Shown piece by piece: positions 19,772 through 26,602 of a stretch of DNA of 57,269 bases; positions within the stretch are counted from its first letter, which is position 1, and each line of letters opens with the position of its first letter. The translations under genes and the position numbers were made by a program. The notes beneath the pieces were generated by a model. That model saw only the letters and a program-made list of their open reading frames with translations, did not search any database and was not told the origin of the DNA. The stretch lies in NCBI GenBank assembly GCA_016209495.1, contig JACQVX010000187.1, positions 1 through 57,269 on the forward strand, given 5' to 3'. The stretch is from Planctomycetota bacterium. Lineage in GTDB: Bacteria; Planctomycetota; JACQVX01.

Positions 19772-20773
19772 GTGAGGACCCTGGCCTGGTTCGCCGCCAC
19801 CCTTGTCGCCGGCGTGGCCCTGGTCTACGCCTTCGAGCACCTCGGCGTGGCAAGGAGCCTGGAGCTCCGTCCCTGGCGTATCTGGGGCGCCGCGGCGGCC
19901 GGCCTCGTCCTCCTCTCGCCGGTGGCGCTCTACAGCCTGCGCAAGCGCAGCACCTACTTCCTCTACCTTCATTTCCGACGCATGGCGGACTTCGACGCCC
20001 GGGTGGCGGCCGTCCGCTCCGGGGTCATGGACCTGCAGCGGGAGGTCTATAACCGGGTCCATACCCGTCACCGGCCGATCCGCCGGCTGGCTCGCGGGGT
20101 CCTCCGGGCCCACGGGCTGGGCCGGTACTTCCGCGTGGTGGTGGAGGCGAAGCCCACGGGAGAGCCCGGCGGCGGGACGGTGCCCGAGGTCCGGCTGGTG
20201 AAGCGCGACCCCATGGGGCCGCTGTCCCTCTGGCTGAAGATGCACGTCTGGCTCGGTCTCCTGGCCTTCGTCGTCATCGTCCTGCACACCGGGCTCGAGG
20301 TGCACGGCGTCCTGGCCGGGGCGGCCCTGGTCCTCTTCGCCCTGGTGACGCTCACCGGGCTGGGGGGGGCGCTCCTGTTCCGGCTCCTGCCCCCGCGCCT
20401 CACCCCCCTGGAGGGGGAGTTGCTTCCGGACGAGATGCGCCGCAAGGGGGAGATGCTCGACGCCCGCATGGCGGAGGTCTGGCATGAGGCGCCCCAGGAG
20501 GTCCGGGAGGCCGCGGGCGGACGTCTGGCCGTCCTCTCCACCCGGGAGGCCTCGCGGCGCTCGGAGGCGCTCTGGTCGCTCCGCGGCGAGGTGGAGGCTG
20601 CCGCCCGGGCCCTGGGCGTCATGCTCGTGCAGCGCGCGCGCCTGGACGCCCGGTACCGCCTGGAGCGGCGCCACGAGGTCCTGCTGCACGGGTGGCTCGC
20701 CGTGCATGTCCCCCTGGCGGCGGCCATGGCGGTGGCCGTGGCGGCCCATGCGATCTCGTTCTGGTACTATTGA
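19772..20773 (+). CDS. integral membrane protein, candidate di-heme b-type electron carrier
   Basis: About five TM helices. Two helices each carry a His pair spaced exactly 14 residues apart (MHVWLGLLAFVVIVLH and VHVPLAAAMAVAVAAH). It lies 22 nt after the cytochrome gene and 3 nt before the next gene. Confidence 0.7.
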   Translation: MRTLAWFAATLVAGVALVYAFEHLGVARSLELRPWRIWGAAAAGLVLLSPVALYSLRKRSTYFLYLHFRRMADFDARVAAVRSGVMDLQREVYNRVHTRHRPIRRLARGVLRAHGLGRYFRVVVEAKPTGEPGGGTVPEVRLVKRDPMGPLSLWLKMHVWLGLLAFVVIVLHTGLEVHGVLAGAALVLFALVTLTGLGGALLFRLLPPRLTPLEGELLPDEMRRKGEMLDARMAEVWHEAPQEVREAAGGRLAVLSTREASRRSEALWSLRGEVEAAARALGVMLVQRARLDARYRLERRHEVLLHGWLAVHVPLAAAMAVAVAAHAISFWYY

Positions 20774-20776
20774 GCC

Positions 20777-22189
20777 ATGGCCCAGGCCGTGGCTGACCTC
20801 GTCTCCCGCCTCAAGGCCGTCCCCGTCCTGGGGGACCTCACCCCCGAGGGCTTCGAGGGGCTGGCCGCCCAGTGCACCGTGCGGGACGTGGCCGAGGGGG
20901 AAATCGTGTTCCGGGAGGGCGACTACGGCTTCGAGTTCTACGTCGTCCTCGAGGGCGCCGTCCGGGTGGTGAAGACCACCGCCACCGGCGGCGACGAGGT
21001 CCTGGCGACGATCCAGGCGGACGGGTTCTTCGGGGAGATGGGCCCCATGGTGGGCCAGCCCCGGAGCGCCACGGTCGTCGCGGGGCGTGCGAGCGTCCTC
21101 CTGGAGGTGGACCACGACGGCTTCAGCGCCCTGGTGGAGAAGGTCCCCTCCTTCAAGCGCACCATGGACGAGGCCTACCTGGACCGCGCCCTGGCCTCCT
21201 ACCTCCAGGTGATCCCCCTGTTCCGGGGCGTTCCCGCCGAGCGCCTCAAGGCCCTGGCCGCCGAGGCGCGGCTGGTGAGCTTCCAGAAGGACGCGGCGGT
21301 GATCCGGGAAGGCGAGGCGGGGGACGCCTTCTACCTGATCCGGCGCGGCTTCGTGAAGGTCACGCGGGCGATGGGCGGCGTGGCCAAGGTCCTGGCCTAC
21401 CTGCGGGAAAACGGGTGGTTCGGAGAGATGGCCCTCATCGACCGCACCCCTCGCACCGCGACCGTCACGGCCCTGGGCCCCCTGGAGGTGGTCCGCATCG
21501 GCCGGGACGCCTTCGAGGGGCTCTGCGCCGGGCACCCGGAGGTGCGGCGGACCATCGAGGCGTCCATGGCGGAGCGGCGGGCCGGGGAGCAGGACCTGGA
21601 TCAGGAGGGGCGCGACGAGAAGTACGCCGTGCTGGTGGAGAAGGGGCTCATCCAGGTCAACGAGGTCCTGGCCATCGACCTGGACACATGCACGCGCTGC
21701 GGGAATTGCGAGACGAACTGCGCCATCACCCACGACGGTTACTCCAGGCTGGTCCGCAAGGGGTTTCGCGTGAAGGACACCCTCTTCCCCGCCTCCTGCT
21801 ACATGTGCCCCGACCCGGAGTGCATGAAGGGGTGCCGCTTCGGCGTCCTGGCCAGGGAACGAGACGGCTCGGTCTACTTCCGGGACCACTGCACCGGCTG
21901 CCAGGCCTGCGTGAAGGCCTGCCCCTACGGGGTCATCACCATGGCGGAGCGCGCCGCGGGAGAGGGTGGCCCGCCCCGCCACCCGGTGATCGGCCTCCTC
22001 CAGGAGGCGGCCCGGGGACTCTTCGGATGGGGCGCGGGGCCCGCGGCCGTCGAGGAGGGCGAGAAGCCCCGGCGCATGGCGGTCAAGTGCGACATGTGCA
22101 AGGGCCTGGGCATGACCGCCTGTCTCTCCAATTGTCCCACGGGGTCCATCATGCGGGTCAGCCCCCAGTCGCTGCTCGACAGGCTCTAG
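20777..22189 (+). CDS. fusion of two cyclic-nucleotide-binding domains with a four-cluster [4Fe-4S] ferredoxin domain (NrfC/DmsB-like)
   Basis: Two cNMP motifs are present (FGEMGPMVGQPRSATVVA and FGEMALIDRTPRTATVTA). They are followed by CTRCGNCETNC, CYMCPDPECMKGC, CTGCQACVKACP and CDMCKG..ACLSNCP. There is no signal or Tat motif at the N-terminus. Confidence 0.85.
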   Translation: MAQAVADLVSRLKAVPVLGDLTPEGFEGLAAQCTVRDVAEGEIVFREGDYGFEFYVVLEGAVRVVKTTATGGDEVLATIQADGFFGEMGPMVGQPRSATVVAGRASVLLEVDHDGFSALVEKVPSFKRTMDEAYLDRALASYLQVIPLFRGVPAERLKALAAEARLVSFQKDAAVIREGEAGDAFYLIRRGFVKVTRAMGGVAKVLAYLRENGWFGEMALIDRTPRTATVTALGPLEVVRIGRDAFEGLCAGHPEVRRTIEASMAERRAGEQDLDQEGRDEKYAVLVEKGLIQVNEVLAIDLDTCTRCGNCETNCAITHDGYSRLVRKGFRVKDTLFPASCYMCPDPECMKGCRFGVLARERDGSVYFRDHCTGCQACVKACPYGVITMAERAAGEGGPPRHPVIGLLQEAARGLFGWGAGPAAVEEGEKPRRMAVKCDMCKGLGMTACLSNCPTGSIMRVSPQSLLDRL

Positions 22190-22204
22190 CATGAGTCACC
22201 GGCC

Positions 22205-24061
22205 ATGACCCGCTTCGAGTTCTCCGTCCGCGCCAAGGGTCGCCCCCGCCCGGTGGAGGTGGAGGGACCGCGCGTCCGCATCGGCCGTGTGCAGGTGGAC
22301 AACGAGGTGGTGGCCGACGAGGAGACCGTGGACGCCCACCACGCGGAGCTCCGCTCGCGGGACGGGGGCTTCGTCATCGCCGACCGGGCGAGCGCCGTGG
22401 GCACCCTGGTCAACGGCCGGCCCGTGGACGGGGAGCACCCCCTGGCCGATGGGGACGTGGTCCACCTGGGGGCCTACCGCATGGCCGTGCGGCTGGCCCC
22501 GGACGGGGTCTTCCGCGCGGAACTGGAGCCGGACCCTCCCCTCTCTCTGCGCAAGCTGGCGCGGGAGCAAGGCCCCCGGCGGAGGACCGGGGGACGGCCG
22601 CCCCTGCGCTGGATCCTGGGGGGGGCGGCCCTGTGCGCGGCGGTGCTCGCCCTGGCGGCGGTCCCCCTGGCGGGGTGGCACGCGGCCTTCCTTCCGGCCC
22701 CCATCTCGCCGGCGCACCGCGACGGCCCCGGGGCCCCATCGGGCTGCGGGGCCTGCCACACGCCCTTCGGCGGGGGCTTCGCCGAGGGCTGCATGGCGTG
22801 CCACGGCCAGGTCCTGGCGGGGGGGCCCCACGGGGCGGCCGCCTTCCCGGCGGCGGGGGCCAACGAGTGCAGCGGATGCCACGCGGAGCACGAGCGCATC
22901 GAGGGCGGCCTCCTGGGGGCTGGGACCCTGCCCGGGACCTGCCGAGGCGCGGGCTGCCACGAGGAGGCGCACCCGGCGCCGCGGCCCGTGGCCACGGCCC
23001 TCGTCCCCGTGCCAGGGAACCGCCCCCCCTTCTCCCACGCGGACCACGCCCGGGGCCCGAGCGCCCCCGGCTGCGCCGGGTGCCACGCCCCGGGTCCTGC
23101 GGCAGGGGGAGACTGGCGGGACCACCGACCGATGGACTACGAGGGTTGCGTCCGCTGCCACGACTCCTGGGCCGTCGCCGATCACGGCTTCCCGAGGTAC
23201 TGCGGCGACTGCCACGCCCGGCCAGCGGAGCCGGAACTGACGCGGGTCCGGCGCGAGGTGGCGGTGCCCGCCGCCTTCGCCTTCGGAGGCTTCCGCCACG
23301 ACCTCCCGGTGGGGGCCTGCGGGGGCTGCCACCTCCGCCCGGACGTGGAACTGGAGAGCCGCTTCCGTGGGACCCCGTTTCGCCACGCGACCCACCTGGT
23401 GGCGGGGCCCCGCGGGGTGGGGGCCGGGGGGACCGCCGAGTGCGCCTCATGCCACGGGGAGGTGGCCCGCTCGACCGAGCTGCCCTCGCGGGCCTCGCCG
23501 GGGGCCGAGGCCCCCATGACCTGGGACCCGTCGAGTTGCAAGGGTTGCCACCTCGAGTCCCCCCACATCACCCGCTTCGACGTGGTGGCTCGCCCCTCGG
23601 TTCGATTCGGCCACGACGGGCACGCAGGGGCGGGCCTGGACTGCGCCGCCTGCCATGCCCCGGGCGAGGAACCCGACCGGCCGACCCTCCTCGCCGGCGT
23701 GGCCGACTGCACCGCCTGTCACGCGGGCCATGCCCGCACGCCGCGTCTGGAGGCCTGCGCCCGTTGCCACGCTGGGGCGGATCTCTACGCCCGCGGTGTC
23801 CCGGTGCGGAGGTTGGAGGTCCCGGAGGGCTTCGACCACGCCACCTGGGACCACCGGCGCTCCCCCTGCGAGGCCTGTCACCCGGGGGCCTCCGCCGCGA
23901 CCACCATCGAGGACGTCCCGACGGCGAGGGCCGACTCGGAGGCCTGTACCGGCTGCCACGAACCGGCCCACCTCGCCGGCCCCTGTCTGGACTGCCACGC
24001 CTACCATGAGGCGGCGACCGGGGCCGGCGTCTCCGCCCCTCGGGAGCCCGGGGGCCACTGA
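22205..24061 (+). CDS. FHA-like domain / single TM / multiheme c-type cytochrome fusion (15 CxxCH + 1 CxxxxCH)
   Basis: The N-terminal ~100 aa look FHA-like (VRIGR...HHAEL...FVIADRASAVGTLVNGRPV...GDVVHLG). The TM is WILGGAALCAAVLALAAVPLAGW. Then I count 15 CxxCH motifs plus CRGAGCH, with FSHADH/FRHATH/FGHDGH-type motifs. Confidence 0.85.
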   Translation: MTRFEFSVRAKGRPRPVEVEGPRVRIGRVQVDNEVVADEETVDAHHAELRSRDGGFVIADRASAVGTLVNGRPVDGEHPLADGDVVHLGAYRMAVRLAPDGVFRAELEPDPPLSLRKLAREQGPRRRTGGRPPLRWILGGAALCAAVLALAAVPLAGWHAAFLPAPISPAHRDGPGAPSGCGACHTPFGGGFAEGCMACHGQVLAGGPHGAAAFPAAGANECSGCHAEHERIEGGLLGAGTLPGTCRGAGCHEEAHPAPRPVATALVPVPGNRPPFSHADHARGPSAPGCAGCHAPGPAAGGDWRDHRPMDYEGCVRCHDSWAVADHGFPRYCGDCHARPAEPELTRVRREVAVPAAFAFGGFRHDLPVGACGGCHLRPDVELESRFRGTPFRHATHLVAGPRGVGAGGTAECASCHGEVARSTELPSRASPGAEAPMTWDPSSCKGCHLESPHITRFDVVARPSVRFGHDGHAGAGLDCAACHAPGEEPDRPTLLAGVADCTACHAGHARTPRLEACARCHAGADLYARGVPVRRLEVPEGFDHATWDHRRSPCEACHPGASAATTIEDVPTARADSEACTGCHEPAHLAGPCLDCHAYHEAATGAGVSAPREPGGH

Positions 24062-24137
24062 GGGAGGGCCGCACATCGCCGTGAGGGTGGCCGCGGCCGG
24101 GGGCGCGGCCGTGGTCGCGTGCGCGGCCGCTGGGGCC

Positions 24138-26120
24138 TCAGCGCGGGCCCAGCAGGCCCCCCAGGACGCGGACCAGCTCCGCCGGGTCCACCGGCTTCGC
24201 CAGGTAGCCGGCCGCGCCGCGGCGAGGGGCCTCCAGGGCCAGGAACGGGTCGTGGAACTGGGTCATGAGCACCACGGCCACCGAGGGGTGCCGCGAGCGG
24301 ACCCGGCCGAGCAGGTCCAGGCCGCCCATGTCGGGCATCCGGATGTCCGCCAGGACCACCCCGTAGGGGCGCTCCCCCAGGGCTCGGAGGGCCTCGGCCC
24401 CCGAGGCCACGGCGCGCACCTCGCAGCCCAGCTCCGGGACGCCGCCCAGCATCCGGACCAGAAGGGACCGGACCTCCGCGTCGTCGTCCACCACCAGGAC
24501 GGAGCGCTCCTCGTCCGCCGGGCGGGGGCGGAGCATGCCGAGGAGGGTGCCCTGGACCGCCTCCACGGCGAAGGGCTTGAAGTGCACCGGGCGGCCGGTG
24601 GCCTCGAGGGACCGCACCACCTGCTCGTCCGCCACCCGGCCGGTGATGAAGACCACCCGCCGCGCCGCCTCGGGCCGTTCCCGCTCCAGCCTGCGGTAGA
24701 GGTCGTGGCCGCTCCCGTCCGGGAGGGCCACGTCCACGATCAGGGCGTCGAAGGCGCTCGAGTCCAGCGCGGACAGGGCGGCGGCCACCCCCGGGACCGC
24801 GTGGGCGGCGCAGCCCCACTCCTTCAGGTAGCGGACCATGAGCTCCCGGATATCCGCCTCGTCCTCCACCACCAGGACCCGGTGGCCGGCCAGGACCCCC
24901 GCCTCCTCGGGGCGTCCCACCGGTTCCGGCGCCTCCCGCAGGGGAAGCTCCAGCACGAAGAGGGTCCCCCCGCCGGGCCGCCGTTCGGCCCAGATCCGCC
25001 CCCCGTGGTCCTCGAGGATCCGGCGGCAGATAGGGAGCCCCAGCCCGGTCCCCTTCCCCGGGGGCTTGGTGGTGTAGAAGGGCTCGAAGACGCGCTCCAG
25101 GGCGTCCTCCGGGATGCCGCAGCCCGAGTCCTCCACCTCGACCCGCAGGCCGACCCCGGGGGAGCGTCGGGTCCGTACCGCGACGCGTCGCCTCGGCTGG
25201 CCGTCCACCGCGTCGGCCGCGTTCTTCACCAGGTTGACCAGCACCTGCTGCATCTGGAAGGGGTCCAGGGCGGTGGCGGGCAGGTCCGGTTCCAGGTCGC
25301 GCACCAGCTCCAGGCCGTAGCCCGCCAGGAGCTGTTCCTGCTCGTCCAGGGTCCGCTCCACCAGGGCGTTGATCCGGGTGGGGACCGGGGCGGGGGTGCG
25401 CTTGCGGGTGAAGAGGAGCAGCTCCTGCACCACCCGCTGGGCGCGGGAGGCCGCCCCGTGGATCCGTCCCAGGTCGCGGCGCATGGCCTCGTCCTCCACC
25501 GTGGCCATGGCCAGGTCCGCGTACCCCAGGATCACCGTGAGGGGGTTGTTCAGCTCGTGGGCGATGCCCGCCACCACGTTCCCCAGGGTGGCCAGCTTCT
25601 CCATCTTGACCAGCTCCCCCTGGGCCGCTCGCAGTTCGCGGACCGTGCCCTCCAGCTCCCGGGAGAGGGACTGGGCCCGCTCCTTCTCCTCCCGCTCGCC
25701 TCGCAGGAGCCCCTCGTACTTGGCGTGCATCCGGGCCTCGGCGGTCAGGTCCCGGAGGTGAACCAGGGCCCCCGCCGGGGCGCCCGAACCGTCGAAGAGC
25801 GGCAGGGCGCGGCTCACGAGGGAGACGGGGTTGCCCTCCCGATCGCTCCCGGAGACCTCCCGCAGCTCCACCGCACGGTCCGAGGGGGCGGCGCGCGAGC
25901 GCAGCTCCTCCTCGGCCCAGCGGTCGAGGACCAGGACCTCCCGGGCGCGGGGGCGCGCCAGGAGCTCCGGACCCGTGGCCCGCGAGAGGGGCAGCAGGGC
26001 CCGGTTGTGGGCCACGATGCGAAGCTCCCGGTCCACGATGTAGACCGGGTCCGAGACGGCCTCCAGGAGCCCCGGGTTGTCCAGGAAAGGTTGCAAGGAG
26101 TGGTGGCCGCGGGCCGGCAT
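24138..26120 (-). CDS. hybrid sensor histidine kinase (PAS - HisKA - HATPase - REC - REC)
   Basis: H-box GIAHELNNPLT, and the HATPase N/G boxes (LVNLVKNAADA, DSGCGIP, GKGTGLGL). Two receiver domains are present (VLVVEDEADIRE...DVALPDGSG and VLVVDDDAEVR...DIRMPDMGG). The ATG overlaps the upstream TGA by 1 nt. Confidence 0.9.
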   Translation of the reverse strand: MPARGHHSLQPFLDNPGLLEAVSDPVYIVDRELRIVAHNRALLPLSRATGPELLARPRAREVLVLDRWAEEELRSRAAPSDRAVELREVSGSDREGNPVSLVSRALPLFDGSGAPAGALVHLRDLTAEARMHAKYEGLLRGEREEKERAQSLSRELEGTVRELRAAQGELVKMEKLATLGNVVAGIAHELNNPLTVILGYADLAMATVEDEAMRRDLGRIHGAASRAQRVVQELLLFTRKRTPAPVPTRINALVERTLDEQEQLLAGYGLELVRDLEPDLPATALDPFQMQQVLVNLVKNAADAVDGQPRRRVAVRTRRSPGVGLRVEVEDSGCGIPEDALERVFEPFYTTKPPGKGTGLGLPICRRILEDHGGRIWAERRPGGGTLFVLELPLREAPEPVGRPEEAGVLAGHRVLVVEDEADIRELMVRYLKEWGCAAHAVPGVAAALSALDSSAFDALIVDVALPDGSGHDLYRRLERERPEAARRVVFITGRVADEQVVRSLEATGRPVHFKPFAVEAVQGTLLGMLRPRPADEERSVLVVDDDAEVRSLLVRMLGGVPELGCEVRAVASGAEALRALGERPYGVVLADIRMPDMGGLDLLGRVRSRHPSVAVVLMTQFHDPFLALEAPRRGAAGYLAKPVDPAELVRVLGGLLGPR

Positions 26121-26602
26121 CAGCGCTCGTCATCCAGGAAGGCGAAGTACTCGGTCTCGAACTCGCGGAAGGCCATGGGCTGGCCGCAGCGAGGGCAGGG
26201 GGCTTCGGGGGCCACCCCCCGACGAAGCTCCTCCCGGTGGGCCTCCACATGGATGAGCACCCCCTCCCGCGCGCGGCATGGGGCGCAGGCGTAGGGGCCG
26301 TAGAAGGAGGCGATGCGTCCCCGGGGGATGAAGTTGGAGATCTGGTTGGCCTGTTCGACGATGATCTGCGGGCAATCCAGGAAGTCCAGGTCCACCGACG
26401 GCGGAACCGCCCGGAAGGTGTTGATCCAGACACGGATCCCCGCCGAGTTGATGCGCGTGACCCCCGCCAGGTGGACGCGCACCCGCCCCCCGAGCGCCCC
26501 CAGGCCCTCCGCCAGGAGGGTGTCCTCGTCGATGGGGCCGCTCAGGTAGAGGTCCACGCCGTCGGGTCCATCCCGGCGCTCGACGCGGAGCGCCTCGTTC
26601 AT
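26120..26602 (-). CDS. STAS-like domain protein with C-terminal CxxC..CxxC zinc-ribbon
   Basis: ATG 26602 overlaps the stop of the upstream sensor gene (ATGA). LYLSGPIDEDT...VRVHLAGVTRINSAGIRVWIN resembles anti-sigma-antagonist/STAS topology. The C-terminus has CAPC...CPRC. The remainder of track ORF 26120..27178 is a shadow. Confidence 0.6.
   Translation of the reverse strand: MNEALRVERRDGPDGVDLYLSGPIDEDTLLAEGLGALGGRVRVHLAGVTRINSAGIRVWINTFRAVPPSVDLDFLDCPQIIVEQANQISNFIPRGRIASFYGPYACAPCRAREGVLIHVEAHREELRRGVAPEAPCPRCGQPMAFREFETEYFAFLDDER

Noticed and set aside
18860-22192. 1110-aa minus-strand ORF antisense to the cytochrome / cNMP-FeS genes
   Set aside because: The composition is dominated by R, P, G and A with no motifs. 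The opposite strand encodes proteins with dense, specific motifs (CxxCH, FeS Cys clusters, cNMP cassettes). This is a typical shadow ORF in a high-GC genome.
23655-26433. 879-aa (+) and 810-aa (-) ORFs overlapping the hybrid histidine kinase
   Set aside because: No domain motifs and extreme Arg/Pro/Gly content. The 24138..26120 minus frame has the complete PAS/HisKA/HATPase/REC/REC signatures.
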